A stretch of 64,000 nucleotides of DNA from Thermoplasmata archaeon (GTDB lineage: Archaea > Thermoplasmatota > JASEFT01 > JBBABA01): NCBI GenBank assembly GCA_041657955.1, contig JBBABA010000007.1:27117-91116 (forward strand). The letters run 5' to 3'. The position numbers were made by a program, and so were the translations under genes. The notes under the pieces were generated by a model, which was not told where the DNA came from, made no database searches, and saw only the letters and a list, made by a program, of their open reading frames with translations. The stretch's first letter is position 1. The number at the start of each line of letters is the position of its first letter. Below, one piece after another: positions 47,974 through 56,386 of the stretch.

Positions 47974-48400
47974 ACAGAGCACGGAGAGATATATGGGTAA
48001 AAAAACAGATGGAACAAATGGATACCGGGGTGTTAAAAAGTTTTTACCGTTTATCTCTGGTGCACTCACCATAATCCTGCTGGCGTTCTTTTATTTTGCA
48101 ATAACACCGCTGATTACAACCTCCGTAGAGGTCGTGATACTCGCTATACTCTGTATTTTACTCGGCGTTCTTATCGTCATAATCTCGCACATGGGAACTC
48201 TAATTCCAAACCTTGACAGAAAAAGCGAGTCAGTGGCGAATTTTATAGCAGGAGTAAACTGCGTCGTTCTGATAATCATAATAATTGTAGCGTATCGGGC
48301 ATTGACCGACGTTGTTACTTTTTCATATATACCGATATCCACAACACTTGCCACGGTCAGTGTGTTTCTATTCTTTAGCTCCGGAATAGTGGGACGATGA
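47960..48400 (+). CDS. Small integral membrane protein (about 4 TM helices), function unknown
   Basis: Four hydrophobic stretches. The stop overlaps the trm56 start (ATGA). The start may be the Met at 47993. Confidence 0.5.
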   Translation: MKTNKQSTERYMGKKTDGTNGYRGVKKFLPFISGALTIILLAFFYFAITPLITTSVEVVILAILCILLGVLIVIISHMGTLIPNLDRKSESVANFIAGVNCVVLIIIIIVAYRALTDVVTFSYIPISTTLATVSVFLFFSSGIVGR

Positions 48401-48912
48401 TAGCTGTTCTTAGGCTTGGCCATAGAATAGATCGCGACAAACGAGTTACCACCCATGTTGGCTTGGTAGCACGGGCGTTTGGTGCAGATAAAATTTTTAT
48501 TACTACTAGGGACGAAAAGTTAGAAGACACTCTAAAAAAAATTGTCGGGAAATTTGGTGGAAATTTTGAGATTACAACCGGCGTTAATTATAGGGAAATG
48601 ATAAAAAGATGGAAGGGCAAGATAGTCCATTTGACAATGTATGGTGAGCAGATAGATTCAGTACTTCCGAAAATTCGAAAATCAGGCGACTTGTTAATAA
48701 TAGTCGGTTCTGAGAAGGTGCCGAGAGAGATATACGAATATGCCGATTACAACATCGCAGTTGGGAACCAACCACACTCGGAGGTTGCCGCTTTGGCAGT
48801 GCTTTTAGACAGGTATTTCCAGGGAAAGGAGCTAAAAAAAGAATTTGATGGCGATATAAAAATCATTCCAAACAAACGAGGGAAAACTGTAACCAGCAAT
48901 ACAAAAAGATAA
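48397..48912 (+). CDS. trm56: tRNA (cytidine56-2'-O)-methyltransferase aTrm56
   Basis: MIAVLRLGHRIDRDKRVTTHVGLVARAFGADKIFI...HLTMYGE...IVGSEKVP...ADYNIAVGNQPHSEVAALAV. Confidence 0.9.
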   Translation: MIAVLRLGHRIDRDKRVTTHVGLVARAFGADKIFITTRDEKLEDTLKKIVGKFGGNFEITTGVNYREMIKRWKGKIVHLTMYGEQIDSVLPKIRKSGDLLIIVGSEKVPREIYEYADYNIAVGNQPHSEVAALAVLLDRYFQGKELKKEFDGDIKIIPNKRGKTVTSNTKR

Positions 48913-48968
48913 TTTCTCCCTCCAATAAAAAGATATAATCGTTAATATTATCCTATAAATGAAGAGCT

Positions 48969-49883
48969 ATGCCCAAAAATTCCGAAGCCCCTAAAAACCT
49001 AAAACCGATTATCATAAGCATACTCATAGACGTCGGTATCGCTTCCCTGGTTGCCATTGTAGTAGTGGGATCGATGGCTGCGTACTCCCAGAACTGGCCG
49101 CCGTTGGTAGTGATAGAATCGAGCAGCATGATGCACGGAAGCGACAGCAGTGTTGGAACAATCGACACTGGCGACCTGACACTTGTAAAACACATAGGCG
49201 ATAAAAATGAAATAATAACTTATGTCAGGGGGAGAGCTACGGGCTATACCACGTATGGCGACTATGGCGATGTTGTTATTTATAGCCCGCCCAAGAATGT
49301 AAGGGCAGACCCTACGCCGGTGATACATAGGCCGTTTTTGTGGCTAGAATACAATAGCACCGGCAAAAGTTTTGACGCTCCGGAACTGGCATCACTCCAG
49401 TATGGCATTGACTGGGAGACGGACAGCGGTTCATGCTATAATATTAAGAGCAGCATAAAGCTAAAAGACGTGGGATATAGGTATGTAGAGGTCAATATTG
49501 CAATAAACGACCTGCTTACACCTGCGCACAGCGGATTTGTCACCCTCGGCGATAACAACCGAGGGATATACGACCAAAGAACTAACACGTGCAGAGAGCT
49601 CGTAAAAACAGAGTGGATAATAGGGAAGGCACAGGGAGAGATCCCGTGGTTTGGTTTATTGAAACTGTACGTAGACGGGAGCATCACTCCAAGCAATCCG
49701 GCACCGCAGGTTAGCATAATTCTGCTAGTGGCTACAGTACTGACAATAATACTATTACCCATCGCCTTGGAGGTATGCATAACGCTTTTGGAGAAGAAAA
49801 ACCAAAAAGAAGAGGCAAGCGATTGTGTGAAAGAGAAGAAGAGAACGATGCCGCGTTTTTGTATAAAAAAGAAAAAAGAATAG
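48969..49883 (+). CDS. Signal peptidase I, archaeal/Sec11 type (S26B), long form
   Basis: N-terminal TM, ESSSMMHG (catalytic Ser box), GDLTLVK, VIHRP, TLGDNN box, then a second TM and a Lys-rich tail. Confidence 0.75.
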   Translation: MPKNSEAPKNLKPIIISILIDVGIASLVAIVVVGSMAAYSQNWPPLVVIESSSMMHGSDSSVGTIDTGDLTLVKHIGDKNEIITYVRGRATGYTTYGDYGDVVIYSPPKNVRADPTPVIHRPFLWLEYNSTGKSFDAPELASLQYGIDWETDSGSCYNIKSSIKLKDVGYRYVEVNIAINDLLTPAHSGFVTLGDNNRGIYDQRTNTCRELVKTEWIIGKAQGEIPWFGLLKLYVDGSITPSNPAPQVSIILLVATVLTIILLPIALEVCITLLEKKNQKEEASDCVKEKKRTMPRFCIKKKKE

Positions 49884-49936
49884 GATAATTGTAAAATTAC
49901 ATCCATAATCGTTGCGATGGCGGGAGGCTATCATAT

Positions 49937-51718
49937 ATGAACTGCAATAAAAAGACAATATTTGTAACGTTATTCGTATTGTTAGCGGTAGTGGCAGTCA
50001 TATTGTTATTTTCGGCGATGGAGGTGAAGGCGTCAACTATAACTGTGGACGATGATGGTGGGAAGGATTATACGAGCATTCAGGGCGCAATCAATGCTTC
50101 GTCATCGGGTGATACTGTTTATGTCTACAACGGCACATATTGCGAACAAATTACAATAAACAAAACCATAAATTTGACAGGAGAGAGTGCTCAAAACACA
50201 ATAATAAGAGGGGACGCCACGCCCTCAAGTAAAGGCATTTATATCGAACACGGTATGAATATGAGCACCTACATTAATATTAGCACCTTAAAAATTGAGA
50301 ACTTCTATTACGGCATCTATATTCATAGCTCGTATAACAACATCACTTCAAACGAAATCGTAAATTGTTATTACGGGATATATTTGCAGGGTATTCTATC
50401 GCCACTCGGTTATCCTCCCCCTACCGTCCCTTCAGAAAAAAACAAAATCACCCATAACAAAATAACGAATTGTGGTTTTGGGGTCTATCTCGGAGATGCA
50501 ACTAAATTGAACAGTGTCGCCTTAAACTCAATAATAAATTCCAATTACAGTGTCTATATAGATTCCAATGGGTTTGGTAAGAACCTCATCTATTCTAACA
50601 ATATGATAAACGCCACTCTGGGTGCATACGACGCTATAGATGAATATTCATCAAATAAAGGAAGCCTTTGGAATGAGAGTAAAAGAGGTAACTATTGGAG
50701 TGACTATAATGGCTCGGACTTAGACGATGACGGTATCGGAGATTTCCCATACATTATTTCTGGTGGAAGTTCTAAGGATTGGTACCCACTCATGAGAGTG
50801 GTTGATATAACTTCGATAAGCCCATCTATAAACCACGCTCCTATTGTAATGCTAATTGTCAATCAATCCACAACAGTAGGGGCAAAGTTCACTTATCGGG
50901 TGAATGCATCAGATGAAGATAACGATAACTTGACATATTCCTCGAATATAGGATACATAAACAATACTGTTTTCTTCACCTTCACGCCAACAACGAGCGG
51001 AATATATAATATCACAATAACAGCTAACGACAGCAAAACGCAAACCTCGATAACATTTGTACTGAACGTCTTGAACAGCTCGCCCGTAATACTATCGATC
51101 CCAGCGCAGAACGTAACTATCGGAAACAATTTTACCTATCAAATAGTCGCAACCGATGCAGATAACGACGCATTAGCATATAACGCAAGCATAGGCACAA
51201 TAAACGCTACAGGTTTCTTCTCTTATACACCAAATACTACAGGCACCTACAACATAACAATAACCGTAAACGACAGCAAAACAGAAACCAACATAGCATT
51301 TGTTTTGAATGTAACAAATCTCCCGCCAGTTATAGCAATAACATCTCCTTTTGATAATTCGACAGTTAATGGAACTATAACAATGATCGGTACATCATCA
51401 GACGATGTTTTGGTCCAAAACGCTCAGATAAAGATAGACGGCGGAAATTGGATTGATGCCGTTGGCAATACATCATGGAACTATATACTAAACACTACGG
51501 CACTTACAAACGGAAATCACACAATAACCGTCCGTGCTTACGACGGAACGTATTATTCACCGGAGAAGTCGATAACAATAAATGTAGATAACAAGAAAAT
51601 AGAGGAAAAACCAGCGGAACCTAAGAAAGAGTTTATCCCGTTCGCGAGTTTCAACGTCATCATGCTCAATATTCTTGCCTTGGCGGTTTTGATCGATTTG
51701 ACAAGAAGAAAAAAGTGA
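49937..51718 (+). CDS. Secreted right-handed beta-helix (NosD/PbH1-like) protein with cadherin-like and Ig-like domains and an IPFA-TM-RRKK C-terminus
   Basis: Signal peptide, then TITVDDDGGKDYTSIQGAINASSSGDTVYVYNGTYCEQITINKTINLTGE. Two repeats follow (TYRVNASDEDNDNLTYS / TYQIVATDADNDALAYN), then an Ig-like domain. The C-terminus is KKEFIPFASFNVIMLNILALAVLIDLTRRKK. Confidence 0.75.
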   Translation: MNCNKKTIFVTLFVLLAVVAVILLFSAMEVKASTITVDDDGGKDYTSIQGAINASSSGDTVYVYNGTYCEQITINKTINLTGESAQNTIIRGDATPSSKGIYIEHGMNMSTYINISTLKIENFYYGIYIHSSYNNITSNEIVNCYYGIYLQGILSPLGYPPPTVPSEKNKITHNKITNCGFGVYLGDATKLNSVALNSIINSNYSVYIDSNGFGKNLIYSNNMINATLGAYDAIDEYSSNKGSLWNESKRGNYWSDYNGSDLDDDGIGDFPYIISGGSSKDWYPLMRVVDITSISPSINHAPIVMLIVNQSTTVGAKFTYRVNASDEDNDNLTYSSNIGYINNTVFFTFTPTTSGIYNITITANDSKTQTSITFVLNVLNSSPVILSIPAQNVTIGNNFTYQIVATDADNDALAYNASIGTINATGFFSYTPNTTGTYNITITVNDSKTETNIAFVLNVTNLPPVIAITSPFDNSTVNGTITMIGTSSDDVLVQNAQIKIDGGNWIDAVGNTSWNYILNTTALTNGNHTITVRAYDGTYYSPEKSITINVDNKKIEEKPAEPKKEFIPFASFNVIMLNILALAVLIDLTRRKK

Positions 51719-51830
51719 GTCGATTGTATAAACCGCCCAGACGGGTTTCAAAGGGTGTCTGGGCGAACAGAACACACCCTTTGAAAATCCCAAAACAAAA
51801 ACAGGAGAATCGAATACTATGCACTCACAT
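51620..51830 (+). repeat. Copy 1 of a ~200-bp duplicated 3' cassette (sorting-signal coding end plus structured 3' region)
   Basis: Aligns with 55120-55320. It includes a 34/34-nt identical run gcggttttgatcgatttgacaagaagaaaaaagt and the conserved cgcccagac...gtctgggcg...caccctttg. Confidence 0.85.
51734..51783 (+). other. Conserved hairpin / possible pseudoknot downstream of the stop codon (copy 1)
   Basis: Stem A pairs 51734-51742 cgcccagac with 51757-51765 gtctgggcg. Stem B pairs 51749-51758 caaagggtgt with 51774-51783 acaccctttg. The 5' arm of stem B lies in the loop of stem A. Confidence 0.6.
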
Positions 51831-53885
51831 TCTCAACAATCTTCGATTTTGAAACCAAATATCAATATTTTCTATCTTCAAGCAATGTTTATCTCCTACC
51901 TCAACGACATTCCCCAATCGCTCAACCGAATAATTTTTATTATTTTCAATTTTAGAAACTACAAGAAAGGCATCATCCTAGTAGCAGCCGCAGGCGTAGA
52001 CGGCAGGGGAACGTCTGTCTGGACTGTGGATTATCCCGCACAGTACACGTCGGTAATTTCAGTCGCGGCTTATGACAACAACCTACAACATCCGTTCTGG
52101 TCGTCGAATGGGCCAGCTAATGAACTTTCCGCGCCTGGCGTTGATATTCTATCAACGTGGACGGGCGGCGGATATACGAAACTTTCAGGAACGTCAATGT
52201 CAACGCCATACGTCACAGGAATGATCGCTTTGCTGATGGAGAAAGAACATTATGATGCACTGGAGACTTCTGCAAAGAAGGATAAGAAAAATCATCTCAC
52301 GCCCGATACGATACGAGGGGTATTCCAGGCGACGGCGCATGATTTGGGAAGTATTGGAAAGGATGATCTATTCGGATTTGGAAGTGTTCATACAGACGCG
52401 TTGTTCTACGGGAAACCTGCGGAGAACTATTTCCATGTCGAGTTCTTGGGTTACGGGACGGACGACGATGTGCCGTTTGGCATTAGGAATACGAATCTGG
52501 TCGAAGAAAACTTCGTGGATACTTTTAACATATATAGACTGCAAGACAACAGCACGAATGAAACCAAGAGATACATTATAGCGGACTACACATATAAGAA
52601 TCATCCCGTGAATGTGGACAGTAGTTGGACAGGAATACTTCAGTATGTAAAATCGATTGGGGTCTATTTACCCTCGTGTCAAAATGGCGAATACGATTGT
52701 TGGTGGGACGGAACAGCAATTTATGTTGATGACGGTAGTGTAAATGGTATATCTACAAATTGGACAGAGTTCGATCCCTATTCCAATAATATGCCTAACT
52801 TGGACTCTGTTGCCGTAAATAGTACGGTCCATATGCGAGTGGTTGTGAGTGTAGCGGAAAATCAAGCAAGTCAGTTCTCTAACTTGAGTAGTTCTGGGGG
52901 AATACTTGTAAGAAAAGAATACTGGTGTAAAAGTGGCTATGATATGTATCCGCAATACACTGGATCTTATTGTTATTGGTTTAAACAAGTGTTCCAAACA
53001 CAATGGAAAACAGACATGGGCACTACAGGCTCTACTAGTAATGCAAAGTCGAATCCTTTCAGTGTAACCACTTTGAATTACTGGTCCAATGACGGTGTTA
53101 CTCTCAGCACGCCTATGAAGATACTCCTAGGTTTGAATTTATCAGCCAGTGATTCAGATTGGGACGGACTCTACGATTTAGAAGAACGTCTGAAAGGTAC
53201 AGACCCAGCGAGGAAAGACACAGACAACGACCGTCTCAACGACTATTTCGAGTGCACACAAAACGGCACTGGCGGTTGGGGCGAGACAGGTATAATATAT
53301 GCCGAGAAACCTGACCCGCTCAAAAAGGACATCTATGTAGAGGTGGATTGGATGCCCTCTAACGGCGCATCAGACCCAGAGCATAAACTATCGAGTGCTA
53401 ATTTAACTGCGATATGGGGGTACTTTAACGCAAAGAATATTGCGATACACATCGATCAGGGGAATATGAGCGGCGGTACAAGTGTTACACATTATACATC
53501 AGTATATGGTGAAGAATGGTATAGAGACCAGACGGCTTTCTTTGCACAAAATAGGAGAAACATTTTCCATTATTGTTTGATTTGTCACAATCTAAGCACT
53601 GGAGATGCAGGTGGAGGATACATGGGAGGCTTGTCATTTGTAGTTGCAGGTGCGACCACATCAGACGTAATTAAGAGTTTTATGCACGAACTCGGCCACA
53701 ATATACTGGGGGCAACGTCAACAGATTGGGGAAGTCACAGAGACTCTTATGATGATGGACACTGTTATCAGAACACTTGCGCGATGTATAAGACAAGCAA
53801 AACTGGAGCTCAAAACTATTGTAGTGATTGTTGGGATGACGTTAAATTGACGACTTGTTTGTCACACTATGATGGGAGGAAATAG
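51819..53885 (+). CDS. Chimeric secreted protein: subtilase (S8) remnant lacking the Asp/His region, TSP3-like Ca-binding repeats and an HExxH metalloprotease-like domain
   Basis: GIILVAAAG...YPAQYTSVISVAAYD...FWSSNGPANELSAPGVDILST...LSGTSMSTPYVTGMIALL is only the C-terminal half of S8 (Ser box at 52188-52199). DSDWDGLYDLEE..GTDPARKDTDNDRLNDY is TSP3-like. IYVEVDWM...FMHELGHNILG follows (HExxH at 53685-53699). The first ~50 codons have no protease similarity and the real start is uncertain. Confidence 0.6.
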   Translation: MHSHSQQSSILKPNINIFYLQAMFISYLNDIPQSLNRIIFIIFNFRNYKKGIILVAAAGVDGRGTSVWTVDYPAQYTSVISVAAYDNNLQHPFWSSNGPANELSAPGVDILSTWTGGGYTKLSGTSMSTPYVTGMIALLMEKEHYDALETSAKKDKKNHLTPDTIRGVFQATAHDLGSIGKDDLFGFGSVHTDALFYGKPAENYFHVEFLGYGTDDDVPFGIRNTNLVEENFVDTFNIYRLQDNSTNETKRYIIADYTYKNHPVNVDSSWTGILQYVKSIGVYLPSCQNGEYDCWWDGTAIYVDDGSVNGISTNWTEFDPYSNNMPNLDSVAVNSTVHMRVVVSVAENQASQFSNLSSSGGILVRKEYWCKSGYDMYPQYTGSYCYWFKQVFQTQWKTDMGTTGSTSNAKSNPFSVTTLNYWSNDGVTLSTPMKILLGLNLSASDSDWDGLYDLEERLKGTDPARKDTDNDRLNDYFECTQNGTGGWGETGIIYAEKPDPLKKDIYVEVDWMPSNGASDPEHKLSSANLTAIWGYFNAKNIAIHIDQGNMSGGTSVTHYTSVYGEEWYRDQTAFFAQNRRNIFHYCLICHNLSTGDAGGGYMGGLSFVVAGATTSDVIKSFMHELGHNILGATSTDWGSHRDSYDDGHCYQNTCAMYKTSKTGAQNYCSDCWDDVKLTTCLSHYDGRK

Positions 53886-55217
53886 ATGAGACGTTTTGTA
53901 ATTATTTTCTTCTTACTCCTTGTAATACTTTCTGCAGCTAATTGCATAAACAAAACCGTTACCTCTGAACAGTCCTATCCTCTAACAGTTCACATAAGCG
54001 ACTTCATGAATCAAACATACGAAGTTACATTGGTATTACTTGATATGGAAGGAAAAGAGATATGGAACGTGACGTCCCACCTCAACGCGTCCGGACCATA
54101 TGCTCGAAGTTATTGGATCGTGTCCGAAAATATTACTGTCACGACCGGATACTATCTATTAGAAGTACACTTGAACGACAGCAGGACGGCAAAGCTAAAT
54201 ATTAAAGTTGATGAATGCCGAACCCAAGTAGATGTATTGATAACACCCGATATTGTACATATTATGAGTAAACCCTACTCTCCTCTAGATATTTATGTCA
54301 ATAACCCAACAGATTCACATGAGATTACATTGACGTTATTTAATGGCGAGGGAGAAGAGATATGGAACACAACGTTTCTTTCTAATGCATCCAGTAGAAC
54401 TGCATTCGAGAATGTTACCACTATACCTGGATATTATTTACTAAGGGTATATTTAGACGGTAACAAAATAGGAGAAGATAATGTCGGAGTTGGTATGTTT
54501 CGTGGCAAGGTTGGTGTGCAGATATCATCAAGTGGAATAGACATAGCACAAAAGACAATTGATTATGGAAACGAACCTCCAGAAATAATAAATTATTCTG
54601 CCCCCAACAATTCCACACTCAAAGAAAATGAAAACTTCACCTTCAACGTTTCAGCAATAGATTTAGACGGAGACAATCTGACATATATGTGGCATTTCGA
54701 CAATGCTTCGGTATCTAATACAACAACTTACACTTTGCAAACAAACTATACCTCCGCAGGCACGCATAACATTACAGTCGTTGTTTTTGACAGCAGATAC
54801 AACACAGACCAATCATGGAATTTAACCGTCGTTAATGTAAACCTCAAACCAATGGCGACTATAATATCTGCAACACCAAACATCACAAAGGTCGGTGAAG
54901 GAATAACATTAATCGGTCGCGGAAACGATACAGATGGCTCTATCGTTGCTTACCAATGGCGAACGAATTCTACGATATTGGGAATGAATTCAACGATAAT
55001 GTTGTCGAACCTATCTGTAGGAAATCATACAATCTACTTCAAAGTCCAGGACAACGATGGCGATTGGTCGGATGAGGTTTCGATGACAGTGGAAATAAAG
55101 GAGAAAGAAAAAATCGACGACAAAAAGACATTTATCCCATTTGCAAATGTTAGTACCGTTATACTCAACATCCTTATTTTAGCGGTTTTGATCGATTTGA
55201 CAAGAAGAAAAAAGTAA
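53886..55217 (+). CDS. Secreted protein with an internal N-terminal duplication, two PKD-like domains and an IPFA-TM-RRKK C-terminus
   Basis: Signal peptide, then duplicated EVTLVLLDMEGKEIWNVTSHLNAS..GYYLLEVHLND / EITLTLFNGEGEEIWNTTFLSNAS..GYYLLRVYLDG. The PKD repeats resemble those of the 29923 gene (TYTLQTNYTSAGTHNITVVVFD; GSIVAYQWRT...GNHTIYFKVQDNDGDWSDEV). The C-terminus is KKTFIPFANVSTVILNILILAVLIDLTRRKK. Confidence 0.75.
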   Translation: MRRFVIIFFLLLVILSAANCINKTVTSEQSYPLTVHISDFMNQTYEVTLVLLDMEGKEIWNVTSHLNASGPYARSYWIVSENITVTTGYYLLEVHLNDSRTAKLNIKVDECRTQVDVLITPDIVHIMSKPYSPLDIYVNNPTDSHEITLTLFNGEGEEIWNTTFLSNASSRTAFENVTTIPGYYLLRVYLDGNKIGEDNVGVGMFRGKVGVQISSSGIDIAQKTIDYGNEPPEIINYSAPNNSTLKENENFTFNVSAIDLDGDNLTYMWHFDNASVSNTTTYTLQTNYTSAGTHNITVVVFDSRYNTDQSWNLTVVNVNLKPMATIISATPNITKVGEGITLIGRGNDTDGSIVAYQWRTNSTILGMNSTIMLSNLSVGNHTIYFKVQDNDGDWSDEVSMTVEIKEKEKIDDKKTFIPFANVSTVILNILILAVLIDLTRRKK

Positions 55218-55320
55218 ATCGATGGTATAAAACGCCCAGACAGGTTCAAAGGGTGTCTGGGCGAACAAAACGCACCCTTTGAAAATTTCCAAAAAGTAGG
55301 AGATTATGCATCCACTATCC
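55120..55320 (+). repeat. Copy 2 of the duplicated 3' cassette
   Basis: See 51620-51830. Hairpin arms are at 55233-55241/55255-55263 and 55247-55255/55273-55281. Confidence 0.85.
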
Positions 55321-55514
55321 ATCCGCAAATGCCGCGCAAGCGGACGACGAAAAAAGAAATCTCTTGGAGCGAGCACTCTCGAATCTGGCAGTGTTCTTCC
55401 GCCGTCAAAAGCGTCGGTTGCACAACATACTATTAACGACAATCATGATTTATCCACAGTATAAATGCAGTGGGGTTCTTCTTTTATGCAACTAAAACGC
55501 CGAACAACTACATT

Positions 55515-56237
55515 CTATTCCGCTGGTTCCTCCGACATGATCCTTATGGAGTAGCCGTCGTGATATGAAAATTTGTATATTGGCAGGTCTATACTAAAAC
55601 CTACTCCTTTCGCATCCACGAATATTTCCCAATTCCCGTCCATGGGTGTTTTTATTGGCTCCATGTTGATAACTTCGCTCTGATTGAATCTGTGCTGGTA
55701 CCATATCTGGCCGTCCGGTGTTTTTATTGTTACGTCTATGTACCTTGGCGTGCTGCTGATCTCTTTGCTCATCATGTTTGTAATGTTCTCGATTAGCTGT
55801 GCCTGCGTAACCTGAAGGTTTTGTAAGGCGGAAACATTTATGAAGACATTTATAAAAGGAAACAATGTTGTGAATTGTTGTAGCGTTGCGTTTAACATTG
55901 ACAGCTCTTCCAATAATTGCTGGAGGGCTGTAGTGTTCACCATGGGCGTGTTTTCGAATATTTCGGAAGTAGCCAGCAATGTAGTTGTTATGTCTATCCT
56001 CATCTCTTTTGTGCGATTTTTTATGGGTATCATCGTGTTGCTTTCGTGTTGCATGCTTGACGGGTTGCCCGGATCTGTGGTAAACTCGTATGTTATGTAC
56101 CTTGTTGTATTGGTGTATGTTATGACAGGATGCTTTTCAGGAATAAAAATGTCCTTGGCCTGGTGAACGTCCAAACATCCGCTTGTAGAAACTACTAACA
56201 TTGTTATCGCAGCGATTACAAGAAGATGCTCTTTCAT
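55515..56237 (-). CDS. Putative secreted lipoprotein, function unknown
   Basis: MKEHLLVIAAITMLVVSTSGC is a signal peptide with a lipobox-like SGC. No recognisable domain. Confidence 0.5.
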   Translation of the reverse strand: MKEHLLVIAAITMLVVSTSGCLDVHQAKDIFIPEKHPVITYTNTTRYITYEFTTDPGNPSSMQHESNTMIPIKNRTKEMRIDITTTLLATSEIFENTPMVNTTALQQLLEELSMLNATLQQFTTLFPFINVFINVSALQNLQVTQAQLIENITNMMSKEISSTPRYIDVTIKTPDGQIWYQHRFNQSEVINMEPIKTPMDGNWEIFVDAKGVGFSIDLPIYKFSYHDGYSIRIMSEEPAE

Positions 56238-56386
56238 CGCACAGTGAGTTGTTTATGTCATTATTAAATTTTCCGAAGTATTGATTCCGTATGGATAATT
56301 TAGAAACATTTTAGATTAAGATTATATGCTCTAATTGCATATTATGATGTGTTGTGATGCGATAAATCAAAAAACGGAGGCAGGAA

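Noticed and set aside
49436-49906. 156-aa minus-strand ORF
   Set aside because: Antisense to the signal peptidase gene, with no motifs.
51734-51783. Simple intrinsic terminator interpretation of the conserved hairpins
   Set aside because: No oligo-T tract follows either copy, whereas archaeal termination normally needs T-runs. I kept it as an unexplained structured element instead.
55306-55437. 43-codon ORF MHPLSIRKCRASGRRKKEISW... after cassette copy 2
   Set aside because: Too short and unsupported. Its first codons only echo the equivalent position after cassette copy 1. I treat it as part of the duplicated non-coding segment.
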